Below, piece after piece: positions 49,747 through 63,652 of a stretch of DNA of 64,000 nucleotides; position 1 is the first letter of the stretch; each line of letters starts with the position of its first letter. A model generated the notes under the pieces. That model searched no databases and was not told the origin of the DNA. It saw only the letters and a program-made list of their open reading frames with translations. A program made the position numbers and the translations under genes. The stretch is from Sphyrna mokarran (lineage: Eukaryota). The stretch covers positions 10,230,001-10,294,000 of the forward strand of contig JAGIQG010000028.1 of the NCBI GenBank assembly GCA_024679065.1, read 5' to 3'.

Positions 49747-52700
49747 GTAAGATTACAGGTGTTTTTTTCCTTCCCACGCAATCGTTCTTTGCTTCTCCTT
49801 TCCTGGCACCTTTTTCTGCCTTTCTATCTCCCATGCTTGGAAATTTAGTTTGGTATTTGTGCACGAGGCTCTGTTTCTTTTATGCTAACCTTTGTAGTTG
49901 AGAAATCAAAATTTAGTATGTTCAAATTATTTGTAGAGAGAGCAATTTCAGGAGCAGCCAGTCATGTTCTTAAATAATTCCTCTTCATAACGTTTATTTT
50001 GCAGACAACTTGGTTTTAAGTTTTTATACTTTTTTTTACTTGAAAAACTATAGTGAAAGTAGGTAAAATGATAAAAGGGCTGTGTGTACAGCTAACAAAC
50101 TCTGTCTTGGTGTTTTATCATGTGTGTATTTTTGAATTGTCACTGATAAAACTGTGAACGTTCATTGCTAAATGATTAGTAAGTTCATACTTCCATTGTT
50201 TCAAAATTGAATAAGACTTGAGGTTTTCTTTGAGTGGGCTAAGGCATTTTGTTTTTCAGTTTATTTTCTCAAAAGTCGTTTTGCTTTTAGGATTTTTTTA
50301 TCCTGTACAAATTGATGAATCATTCTCACATTTTTGCGTAGTTCAAGGGTTAATACAAATGGGAGGTACCCTTTGCCCTTTTATAGAACTAGGATTGCAA
50401 TCAACTATCAAGTACAGAAAGTTCCGGCATGAAATATTCCCGACCATAATTGAGTTAAGTCAAGCTTAACATGGTCTCCAAAACGGAAACTTTACTATGT
50501 TTAAAAAGCTAGACAAAGTCAGTTGCAATATAGATTGTAAAAGTGATTTTTTTTTTGCTTTGTAAGTTTATTTTCACCTAAAGTAATGAGGATCTTGTTA
50601 GTTAAAGAAGTTAATGCTATAATTGCGCAAGTGTATCCTTTGCCCTCTAATTCTTGTCTAACATAAACCTAGGCCATGTATAAAATGTACAGCAAATACT
50701 GTAGAAAATGCTGCAGAGAAAAAGCAGTCTTTACTCAACAAATATGAGGAACATCGAGTTACGTTTAGTAGTTGCAATGGTAATAGAGGTGTCATTGAGT
50801 GACCTTCCCAAAGTGGAGGTTGGGTAGGTGGACATTATCAGATTAATTTCTTAGCCTGCAATAAAATTAAATTGTTGGAATAACATTTTTGTGAGCACCA
50901 ATTCTTTTTTAATTATGATACTTAAGAGGAGAGCTTTATTTGCCATCTGCTTTCTTCCATTTATGTTTTTAATGGCAAATAAAAACTTGCCTACTGGAAG
51001 TTTCATTCCCAGCCATCACTAACACTTTTACCATTCACTGAGCTTGCACATTCTTTTAATTGCTCGTCTGTGATGCATCCTTGTTTTTTTGAATCACAGT
51101 CAAATGTCTCTTGTTCACGTTTCCAAAAGCACAGATATGTGTGTGTGTAATTTCCTCCTCCTCTATGAAACAGAGGATAAGTCCTTTTTTCCAAAGATAG
51201 TTTATTTGTGTTCATACCTTTGAAGTTGTGAAGATTATATAATAATTTACATGTGTAATATTTAATGCAAAAATAATCTTGCTTTAAAGGCTTTGGATTG
51301 CAGCCATGTTCGCTACTTTCTGTATTTATTTTCCCCTTTACTGAACACAACGTTGCCAAAGTCTGGCCTTTAGTCGTAAGCTGTTGTGATTGCAAATGTT
51401 AGATCAGCTAGCAGAGAATGGGTGAATAAGAAGTTAGATAGTATAAAATTAATATAGTTTATTAGTTCTCAGCAGTTGAATATAAAGCAATTGCATGTGT
51501 GTCTGCGAATGTTATCTATCCTGTGTTAAAAATGGTCAGTTTTATTACAATTTTTAAGTTAATTGCAAGTGTTTAATATTGGCAGTCTGACAGGAATTAG
51601 AACTTTATATGTAAACTTCATATTCTATTTTAATCATGAAAGTTCATAATTCTTATAGAAAAAATAAATGGGATGGTTTCACATCTCAATGCAAACTTAA
51701 TTGTATATTTTTAAAAAGTGTAGTTCAGGTTACATTTACAAAATATACCCACAGGGCATATGTTCCAACTGTTCAGACAAGTTTTTTTTAAAAAAATCTG
51801 ATTAATTCAGTTCCAAACCCATTTTTGTGCAGAATGACCTACTCTTTTTGTTGTGACATTTCAAGACATTGGTGTACTTTATATTTAAGTTAGCCTAGGG
51901 ATAATATGTTGAAGACTATTTGTGTTCTATTGATTACTAGCTAGTATGATTAAACAAAAAATTTTAGCCATTCCCCTAGTGCAATTTTATTAACATTAAC
52001 ATTGTTTCTTAGGGTATTCAGATTTAAAAAATTTGAAACAAACATGTGTCTAGGTAGCAAATATATTCACATGCCATTGTGACATAAAACTTGAAAGTAG
52101 CAGATTAGTCAGAATAATGGATGTTATTGAAAAATATATATGCAATCACAATGTAAACGAGTTGGACATAATTTTTTGTTATATATCGATTGTATCATTT
52201 TTCCAATATTCACTTCATTCAACATAGGAAAGTCAATTAAAGTCTGCAGTTAAACTAGACAGAACCTTTACTTGCCTTTTAGGAAAAGTTGTATATTTTT
52301 GTAATCTCAATTGAAAGCATTTTGCTTACTTTCAGATCGTGGTTGTCATTGTTATTTCCCCTCTGAATTTGAAAGATTTTGCCAAAGTAATGACACGTGC
52401 TTCATAAGTGATTAAAATTGATACTGTGGAAAAAAAAATCCTCTCCCAAAGAGTTACAATAATTTGATTTTTTTAATTTATTGACAAAATATGATTTTGT
52501 TTGGACATGGCAAGACAACAAATAGCAGCCATTACAATAAAAGGAACAAAAAACTGTAAATATTAAATACTTACAGTTATAAATGTCAGGATTTGTTAGC
52601 AGAATAGACTTTTCTCTGAGACTGAAAAATTAAAGGTAAAGAACGGCAGTTCTTGAAGAATTACATGATTGTTGCATGTTATCTTCCACAAACCCCCTTT

Positions 52701-55700
52701 TAAATTTTACTTTATGTGTAATGCTTTATTGTTTGAGGTTGTGCAAGTCAGAACCAGTAATGCTCCCATTTCCTGTCTGGTTAAGGTAGTGTAGATTGAA
52801 AGGTAGTCATTAGTATTATCGTATTCAGAACACTGGAGGCCATTTTGCTTTTCTACACATAGCTGCAATATACAAAATGGTGGTATTAGCTCATAGCTCT
52901 AGTAAAGTAGACAGCAAGTGAAGTCATTTTGTAATCAGTTTTTCTTTACGTTTCAAGTTTAAAAAGCTCGTGACAAGGTGGCTTTGTAGATTTTCTGTGG
53001 GTGGAAGCAGATGGTATTATATTTCACTTGAGGTTTTGTTCTCGCCCTTTGTAAGTTGCTTTCATTGAACAGAAAACTAGTGATGTCACTTCTTTACATA
53101 ATATAAATATCTGCCTACATGAATCATATGCAGCTTCAGAGAAAGTCAAAACTTTTTTATAATTAGTTTGAGATACAGTTTTACATTGTAAACACAAGGC
53201 TGAAAGCCATCAATTATAATAGATAACCTTGTGTTAATTAATAAGGCTGTTAAATAGAGGCCCTGATTTTTACTTGTTTTGTGATAAACAGGGTACAGGG
53301 GGAGGTATTGTAGTAATCTTCATCTCTAAAGAGTGTATCATCTACCAGAATTATATTTTATCCATTTAAATTGGTAACATTATCCTTAAAAACTCCTTCA
53401 AGCTATTCAAGCCAGGGCAATAATGAAATTCAGAATAGTAATTTAATGTTTTCAAATTGGAAATAATTTGAAATTTTCTTAATTGAAATAAGATATTTTT
53501 CTACACATTTAGTACCCTTGGATAGAATTTGGTTTGACAGTGGACTTAAGTAGAAATGGGAGGTAATCAGTGAGATGCATTTTTACTTACTGATGAGTTA
53601 CTATGGATTAACTGTGACAATGACTGCTGGGAAAACAACAATGAAAGAGTTTTGGGGAGGTATTGTCATCTTACTGGGCAGCATTGGATGTAACTGGTAT
53701 TCTAATACTGCCTGGTAATGATGATGATGGCTTTCTGATTTCATCGGAGAAGAATTCAGTGCAAACAGAAGAATGAAAATTTCTCCTTACAGGCTTGACC
53801 AGAGTAATTACAAAGCAACCAAGGAGTTGGTTAGGTATGATGGGAGCAATGATCATTTATCCTTCACTCTTCATTTTGCTCTTGTGATTTTTTTTAAATG
53901 AAGGACACGAGGACTGTATCTTCATTTCATGCTTTTCTATTCCCTCCACAAAATACATTCATTTTTAGTGACATTTTCATGGTATCACATTCACCAATAT
54001 TGCAGTTGGTAACATTGTAAGCAATGGATTCACCGATGAGAAGCACAACCAAACCAAAAAGCGATGAAAATAATGATACACAGTTAGACACATAGAATGA
54101 CGTATTCATTAGTGCGTTCTAGAGAACACTTGATCACTTAAGTGTACCTATATCCTAATACCAATTTCAGTTATAGCACTACAGTACCAGAAAACTAGCT
54201 TTTGTATGTCAATAGAATGAAACTAATTTGCAAACCAACAGATGATTTATTTTATTATCTTTTTGTAGAAAGAAGAAATGGCTCTCATTTTTTCCAGTTG
54301 AATGTAGTTTTAATACTTTCCAGCGTAATGATCCTCTGTCATCCTCCAACATTTTGAATTTGTGAAGTCCATTTCTCATTCATTAAAGTAGGATATCCAA
54401 TGATTTTAGTGGAGGTAATGATTTAGATTCAGCTTTGAATATATAGTGGCAAAAATAGATAAAATGGAGACTTTAGGAATGCTCAGAAAGTGAAATACTT
54501 AAGATGCTTTTGAACAGATATAATCGAACGAACTAGGAAAAAAAGCTTTTATTATCCAGAAAAAGTGAGATGAAGGGCCAAGGCAGAAATAAGAAGGTGA
54601 TAATGAGAGGTGTAATGATTAGATGTCATCAAAATTGGCTTTTAAAAGTTTAGGAAGAGGAGTTGTATTAGTGAATATTTGGGAAAGAATGAGTACCTCT
54701 AAAAATGGTGCCACAGTTCATGATTTCAGCACAATCATTGATGCAAGATCAGACATTTGAGCACATGAAGGCAAAATGATGAGATAGAAATCACACTTTT
54801 TACATTATATGTAAAATCTAATTGCTATATATGACTTTTTTGATTGTTTTCTCTAATATACAATAACATGCTCCAGGCAATACAGAAGTTTTATTTTGCT
54901 TTGAAATCTGAATTATTCAGTCATTTGAATCAAGGATTGCAAATAATATAGAAAAATGGGAAATTAGTATTGTCTGAAAAAAGAGTATGCAGATAAATTA
55001 GAATTGAAAATAGCACTAAAGTGATATGTCCTAATATTTAAGACAATGACTAATCAGCATTAGCTAACTTATAGAAGTGCAGGTAAAATCTTAGGGTATG
55101 ACTATCAGAATTATATTCTTTGGATTAAAAGTTTCATGCTACAAATTTGAAAATTACAATTGGTTCCAAGAATAATGATATATTTTGGTACTGCATACTG
55201 TTGCTGTACCAGTTGAACTTAAAATGCAGATTCCATGAACATTAATAAACTGGGGTTGTAATGATTGTAAATGATGCTGCAGAGCTTTACTGTTTTGCCA
55301 GTTTGAAATGCAGTTTCTATTTTACAAAATATGTTTTACCTTTTGTACAATATAGGGAATAGACAAATTGCAACATTTGAGAATTTTCAAGGAATTTAGA
55401 AAATAAATCCATCAAATCTGCTAAGGGCCAAAAGTAACCCGCAATTACTTATGGTCACTCGGGTAAACTAAAGGTTTGATATCGTGGACTGGTGAAGAGG
55501 TTAAAGCTACAGTTCTGTTGATTGGGACACATCTAGTCAGCTACTTAATATTACTTCTGAAGTTCTAAAGGCCATAATCGGAGTTCTTACTATCATAGTT
55601 ATTTCTATTCTGGTGAAGAAGCCATCATCTGCCAAAAAGTTAAATAAATCACCCATCAGAAACCAGTTTGAAGTCCTTTTGAATAGTTAAGAGCTGTGCA

Positions 55701-58700
55701 TTTAATATTTTATGCTTTTTTTTTACCCTTCCTTCACCACCTCCCAAAAACATTGGGTTGCAGTTTTAAAGTTGCCTAGCATCCTTTGACATTGTTGACC
55801 AGTAGCTCAAGAGACCAGTTTTCATGACCGAAATAATAGGGAGGATGCTTAGCTGTTTGGAAACTTTCAGCTCTCCAACATCTCTATTTTGCACCATCTA
55901 AAATTGAGAACTCTGCCAATTACTTGGACTCCATGGTCCAAATACATTGAGGCCAGTTATAATACCTTTTGCCATCGCCCAAGTCAGGATCACAAGGCAG
56001 GAGTGGAATCTAAGGTCACCATGGTATGTGTAGCTCAAGACAACATTGTCCAACTGGGAAAGCTTAGCTTTAATAAATTTAATAGTAATTTTACTATGAG
56101 AATTATCTATTAAAATTATGAAGTAGCTGTTGTTTTAAAATCACATAACTATCTTCTGTAATTTGTAATGAGCAATACTTTTTCAAGAGGTACAGTTTAG
56201 TAAATGCATTTTTTTTAATGCAAAGAAACAGCATGATAGCAAAGAACTCAGTGTATATATCAAGTAATTTATCTACCTTGGCCCTATTCTGTCATCCTCC
56301 AGAAAGTTTGGGTATATAGTTAGCACTGGATTGAAAACTGCAATGTTTCTTTCCAATTACAGAAACTGAATTGCTTTCCTCTAGTTGGAGATCATGATCC
56401 TCTGTGAGCATCTTACTAGACAGTGCTGGATTGCACTGCTAGGTTCTAACACTGTCTGGTAACGATGTTTAAAGAGTGTTCCACATTCAACAGCCACTGG
56501 ATAAAGTTTATACGTTGCTAGTGATAGATTCCTTGAACGCATACTCAACTTGTTGATCTGCTGAAACACTAAATACTTTGTGCCAAAAGTCACACTGTGT
56601 ACAATAATTATGTGTTGCAGACAAGCGGTTCTCAGAGACAAATGAGTCAAAAGTTAAATGAACCACATTTGTAAAATTAACGAAGAGTTACATTTGCTTT
56701 CCTGCACGCAAATTTCGCAAATGTAGCCTTAAAAATTATTTTCTACTGTTATATTTCAAATCTTGAAGCAATATCAAAGAGGTTGGATTATGAAAGGTAA
56801 TTATTTTCTAGTACATTGTACTACTTGTCGACTAAAAACTAGCTGGGAATGAATGTTCCCAGGCTATTGGTAGGATCCTTCTTAGTGGTTATTGCAGTCT
56901 TGAGACATTGGGAAGACAATCTTATAGCAAGGGGGTCTGACCTAGCAGTTTCTTTCATTACAATTGTACCTCTTCTTAGTTGGTTACAGAGAGAAATTGA
57001 TTGTAGTTGTCAATTGGTCTACAGCCCAGACTATTTTTCCTTCAGATCTCGGATGGTAAGTACTGGTAAGTAGATTTCATGTGAAATGAAAAATGTTTAC
57101 TGTATTTTTAGAAAAAAATTTGAAAAATATATAGTTTATATTTTGCCCCCTTTTCCAAATCTCATCTATCTTTTCTCCCTTCTTTGTGACTCAGGGAGCA
57201 CTCTTGCAGCTTTCTTGTTGCCATCCATATGTGAGTGACTTTCCCCATTCATTTTTTTAAGTCACACTGATCATTAATTATTCTGTCCCCTCTTCATTTC
57301 ATGCATCAGCTCAAACTGGGAACTTCTCTTATAGGAATCGCAGGCAAGTAAGACTATGTTAAACTTCCTAGATGTGATGTCATTGGTATGTAGAATATTG
57401 TTCTTCTCCTTTGTGGATCCAAAAATGTTTGGTTTAACATTTATAGCATTTGACCAAGCATCATGAATAAGTTTCTCATGAGAAGGTATTAGAACATGCA
57501 TGTTAGCGGGTTATAATCCTTCCACTCTGCCATGTTTTGAAAATTGGATGGGGAGTCTTCCCTGGGGCCTGAATGCACACCAATGTCCAAGCAGGACCTG
57601 ACAAATGGTGGCCTTGGAGCATACTATCTAAATTCTAAGCCGCTGCTGTATAACCCTGAAGAGATTATTCAGAACAGAAAACCAAAGTGGGAGAGTGTAC
57701 ATTCTCAGGCATGAAGTATATATTTGGAGGTCATTCATTATATCAAAATTTATTTGAAGATAACCCCACAGAAAGTGTTGAAAATGTATATTTTTTTGAA
57801 AAGACATTACTTTGTAGAATTAATGATCACTATTTCCTGCATTTAATAACACAGAGACATCAGAAAAGAATATGAGAAGTGATAATATCTGCTCAAATCT
57901 ATAGTGTGATTGCTTTTTGTTTGATACAACCATGAAGCTGGTTAATTCTTAGCTGAATGAGTTCAAGGGATTGTTGTCCCAAGGTGAACGAAGGAGGCTT
58001 AGACAGGTGAAGGTGACTAATATTTGAAATGATTGGCCATAAAGTGCAGCTTATTATCAGGTAATGAGGAATTTAGTATTATTATTTTCTTTTACAATAA
58101 ATCTGCCACAAGAAGATTAAAGACCCAATTCATCATTGGATCATTGTAAATTTCCGTTTAACTGTGAACTTTGTGAGTACACGACCTGAAAGTGGCTTTG
58201 CAACATGAAATCAGGCTACGCACTGCAGGGTTAGTGAGTGCAAATTGTCCTGTGATATCCCTTGTTATTTTTGAAAAACAGTGGCCAAATTGGAGAAGCT
58301 TGATCCTCAAATTCATCAGAAATACTGTGACTTTCAGATCTTAAATCCCATTGTTGATGTTTTCTTATCTTAATCTTTTATATACGTAGAAATAATGAAG
58401 AATAATAACTTTACCACCAAATTCCTGCCCTTTTTCTTTGCATGACATTAATAATCTGCATAAAGGTGAAAGATTAACTATTCGCAATTGCCTTATTTAT
58501 ATTGTGCTACTCATACAAACCAATACCTTACAGCAATGAAATCAATACAAAGCAGGAAGTAAGAAGTCTTTTGAGGGACTGGGAAATTAATGCACAATTC
58601 ATAGTAATTTCTTCTATGGCGACAGGCAAAGAACAAAAAAGGCAAATTAGTTTGGCAGAAAATTTGGAAGTACAAAGACAAAGTGAATAGTTTTCTGACC

Positions 58701-59079
58701 ATTGAGCAAAAGAAGTGGAAGTTAATCCGCTGTCATTTTCCCCCACCATGTGGCCTCTATCTCTGATTGGCATGTTATCTTTTAACAATCTCAAAATTGT
58801 GATATTAAACAACAAATAAAATTTGCACTGACTCTATTATGTTGCATTCTTGCAAGAGAGAAAATTGCAAGCTATGGGAAAAAAGCATGGGAGAGACCCT
58901 AATAAGGTTGTTTCAAAGAGCTGGGACAGGCAGGATGGGCAGAAGGCAGCCTCCTGTGCTGTGACTTTCATATTTAAATTTTATACAAATAGAGTTCATG
59001 AAGTGGAAGAAAATTTTTTAACAGTTCACAATCCATCCCTGCAATAACATGAGTAACACTTCTAAAACCACATTAAACT

Positions 59080-59752
59080 TTAGGTCTCAAGTTAACTGTG
59101 CAGTATTATCAAACCTGTGGGAGTGCTTCCACGGACATTAAGAAACTGATACGAGGGTCATTTCCATGTCCATCATCAAGGCACCTGCAGGCACGTAATT
59201 GGTTGCCTTGGTGTTTGCCATGTAATTTAAGAATGCAGATGAGTTCCTGAGGCAGGAGACTCATTCAGAGACCTGCAGCACTGGCCAGCTGACAGCTCCA
59301 CTAGGACAGGTGGGCACTACTGAGGCAGCAAGGTGAGCATGAAGGCACCAAAAAATAGAGGCACTCTTGGAAGCTGTCAAACATTTAAAATGAAAGAAGT
59401 CTCATAGTTATTAGGACCATCAGTGTGGAGGGGCAAGTATTCCTCAAAATTGTCCTTTAGCTATGACTGTGGCCTATTCATACATGTGGCTTATTCACTA
59501 GGCCAATGGGAGAAGCACTGATGACTATGTTCTGCCATCAGGTTGCTGCTTAGTAGGGTGTGGACCTGATACTGAAAAATGTTGGTGTGATCTGAAATTT
59601 GCCCCTTAGTAGGGCTTTAATTGACCTAATTTGTTGCCCTCCTCTGCGAGCAAGTTGTCAATTCCCCTCACAGCCCACCCTGGAAATTTCAGCATCAGGA
59701 CAGATTATCTGAATTTTCCTGCACCTTCCCCTCCCCTGCGTCCAAATCAGCC
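59080..59752. mobile_element. Degraded GC-richer MITE-like element
   Basis: GC-richer block ending CCCCTGCGTCCAAATCAGCC, which resembles the reverse complement of the GGCTGAAT start at 63653. Confidence 0.4.
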
Positions 59753-60639
59753 TGTGCCTCTGTAACAAAATTCAACCTTTTGTATTTGAGTTGCCAGCCG
59801 TTCCCTTTATGCAAACACTATTCATTCCCTGAGGCTTGTTGCTGTGCCTGTCCTTATATGGCCTAAAGATGCAAATAGTTCTCCTTCCAATCATCTTTCT
59901 GGCTTCCATTTCTCCATTCCTACACAGAAAGCAAGCTACCTTCCCTTCCTGACCAAAACTTGAGATGATAATTTCATGGATAAAATATGAAAAGACAGGG
60001 CTTTTAAATAAAAGTGCAAGTATGCAGCAGTTGAGCACTATGATTGACTTTTACCCTTACCGACATTTAGCGATGTTGGGAGGATGATCATTGCCCATAG
60101 CGCAAAATCCAGTACTTCAGGAATGATGGGAAGAAGAGTAAAGAAAACTCAGACAGAGTCGAGAAATTATGAGTGGAATGGAGAAGAATGAATTGTTGAA
60201 ATACATTTGTCAGAATAGTTTTTATTGTTTTCTTGTTTTCCTTTAATAAGGAAAGCAAATGTGTCTGACATACTATTATATCTCGTGCATCATTATTTAG
60301 GTTATGCAAAGCTGAAAAAGACATATGAACTAGTCAAAAAAAATCTCCCTAAATCATTTCATATAATACCAAACAACAAAATATTTTGGTTGCCTTAGGA
60401 TTTCAACATCTTCATTCACATTTTAGCTACTTCAGTTCAGGTCACTTAAAATAATCCTGTTACTTTAACCTAAATGGGTTATTCTTAACTTATAATACAT
60501 GAGGTAATCAGCTGAATCTAATGCAATGATGTTTCTCATTCACTGTCAAATTAAATGATCATTCTCTTAGCAATACTTCTTGCCCTTTTCAGAAGTGTGC
60601 TCAGGTGATAGGAAGCTTAAGTATGTTGACACTGGGTGA

Positions 60640-60735
60640 GAAAAATTGCAGATACTTAAAATCTGAAGTGAAGTAGAAAATGCTGGATAAGAGAAACAAG
60701 CAGTAATGTTTCAGATGTAGATATTTTGTCAGTCT
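60640..60735. repeat. Penelope-like terminal-repeat fragment
   Basis: TGCAGATACTTAAAATCTGAA..AGAAAATGCTGGA..GAGAAAC..TAATGTTTCAG; same family as 3424 and 29973. Confidence 0.5.
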
Positions 60736-63061
60736 GGAAACTGGAGCACAGGCAAATTCCTTCTGTATTAACTATTCAAAGGAAACTTGTTGATTCTTCC
60801 TTGTGCTAAACCTAATGGATTTATTTATTGATTTTGCTATGATGAGATTGTATCCCACCCTCATTTTGAGCTGAAGACCAATGCTGACAAAATACGAAGC
60901 AAACCAGCAACAAAAGACAAGAGAGATTCACAAAGCATATGGAATCCTCATTTGTGGCATTACTGCAAAGCTCCATTACTAGCTCTCCATTGTTCAGTCA
61001 TCTGCATTTCACAGTATTTTATTCTAGGTGGGATTTATTGTGGTTAACAGTATATACTAATCAAGGCTATATCAAGTGTCACAGGGTAAACTGCTTCATC
61101 CTTTCCCAGAATGCTTGTGCTTATCTGTGTTTGGTTACTGGGTGCAGGTATTGCGTGAGAAGTGCCTAATCCTTTGTTTAATATTAACTGAGCATGCAAA
61201 CAAAGCACACACAACTCTTGCCAGTTCCTGCTGGCTAAGAGTACTAGTCTGGCATGCAGTATAACTGAACCCAAAAATGGAAAAAAGCAGAAACTGGGCT
61301 CAGCCTCTCAGATCTTTCCTGATAAATGAAATCTGTAGTCCATTTGGTTAATTTAGTAAAATGTCTTGATTTTTTTCTTGTGTGCGTCAAGCAAAGAGAT
61401 GTAACTCTTTGGGTATAAAAATCCTTTCCTGTGATTCCTTTTTGTTATTGCCATTAATTTAGCAACTGTTCTGCACTGATAATAATAACCTGTAACAAAT
61501 TAATAGATGAAAAGCTGTTCATAAAAATGAATCTAAATGTAATTCTATTTAAAATATGTCAGATAGATTTGATTTCCTGAAGGGATGTTAAGTGTTTGGT
61601 AGTAATTACCGTCCACTGGAGGTGAGCAGATATTATATAATAAATATAATTTATTACTTTGCTTAATTTTAGTTTGTGGATAGTCTTGTTAGATACTTAA
61701 TGTGTAGGAAAATTAACAATGCTCACCCAGATGAACAAAAATGCTGGTAGCTCATAGAATATCCTTAGTTTCTAGGTGGCAGCTTCTTACAAATGCCAGG
61801 TACCCACTCACCCAGACACTATAGAAGTTACGTGCTATGGGAAAAAAAATTGAAAGGAAATTTTATTTCTACCAGAAAGATTCCCTGATTGAGTGATTAA
61901 ATTTCCTACAACAGTGACCACACTTTAAGAAGTACATAATTGGCTGGAAAGGATATCATAAGATAACAAAAATAGCTGAATAAGTGCAATTTGTTTCTCC
62001 AATCTTTTGCAATATTTACTGATATAACTAATTTTAAAGAATGATTTTAAATTAACTTGTCCTATGAAACAGAATTAATCCTAAATAATATTGTTCACAC
62101 AATAGTAGAAATTAGTTTAAAATGAATCTGTCTTATTTTGTCTACTCATTGTATCCATGCATGAAACCATCAACATGGGATTGGGCTGGCATGGTACACT
62201 TTTAGTAGTATATGTGTTTCATAAACTTCATTATAACAATTAGGTACTGCTTCGAATGGAATTACTGCCAATTCCTTGGCCAGTCGAATTAAAGATGCTC
62301 ACAGTATAATGATTGTAATCTCCTGAATTTTTATGTTAGTTATTCCAGATTATGTCAGAGTTATTCCATCTTTCATCTCAACAAAAGAGTGTTGCAGAAG
62401 AAATGTTTTACAAGTACAGCGTGGATTTTTTTTTGCCTCTGCTTTTCAAAATAGTCTCTGAGAATATAACCTCATCCATAGTGGCCGTAATTCCAGTATA
62501 TATCACGGCCAAAGGTTACTATTTGGCCAAGCTGACTGCATGTTGATTGATGTCTTACCAGACAAGGTTAGATATAGCTATTTAAGTCTAATACTGTCTG
62601 GTAATGCCGTTGATCTCATGTCATAAGTTCTTCACCTTGTGGGAGGCGTTCCAGCCAAAATTAGCAATCTGTGCCACATTTGTAGGTGAAGCCAGTCCAG
62701 GGGTTGAGCTCGGGCTGTGCACTGCTGTTTGGGTGTGTCTCTGAAGCCCATTCAAGTGCATCAGTTCAAAGTGCAACTTTTAATACGTCTGGCCTGTTAA
62801 TATCTAACAGTATTATTCAGCAGAAAAAGTGTATGCATGGAGAAGAACCTGTACTATTGCTTTTCATAACTTATGCCAAATTGCCTTGCAAAAGAACTAA
62901 GGCTATTGATTAACATTTTACCCACTGAACAGACAAAGATACACATCAACAGGATAGTTTCTAGTTTCACACTGCTGAAATTCTCTGTTTAGATGATGCA
63001 ATACATATGTCCTGTTCACTTTCCAGGGTTTAATATGATGGACTATGAGGATTTATCCACA

Positions 63062-63095
63062 TCTTCTTTGTTCTTCTTTGTTCTTCTTTGTTCTT
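63062..63095. repeat. 10-bp tandem repeat (TCTTCTTTGT) x about 3.4
   Basis: Seen directly in the sequence. Confidence 0.9.
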
Positions 63096-63652
63096 ATTTT
63101 TCATTGTTCCTTTTTCCTCGTACATAACTAGCTTTTGTGATAAATATATTCTCTCAGAAAAGGATCAAAGTCTACATAATTCTTCAAAAGACTAAGATTT
63201 GCATATAAATTTGAAAATTGTGTTGAGCATGTATTACGACCATTCACAGCCTTTTCTTAACACTTGCATAAGTTTTGAATCATCATAGATTTTTGTCGTA
63301 GCCTGTATGTCCTTGACCAGGTATTTGTAAACTTTTCATTTGTTGTTAGCAGAGGTAGTGAGATAATATATTACATTATCCAAAGGCATCATTTTACCTT
63401 TTTGATTTTGGTGCATTCATTTTGTACTCAGATATTCTTGTAGGCTGTCTTTATTTTCATAAAGATTCAATTCATACAGATTGTTGTAGCCCAGAATATC
63501 TGTCCTGGCTTTATGAAGTATTCCCACTGTTTCATTTGTTAATATTTAGCTGTGATACAATTACGAAGAATAGCTTAAACAAAGTCTTAGGTAGCAGTCG
63601 TAAATCTTTTGCCATGTGTGGGGCTCGAGAGAGTTTGAAAGAGTGCACTCAA

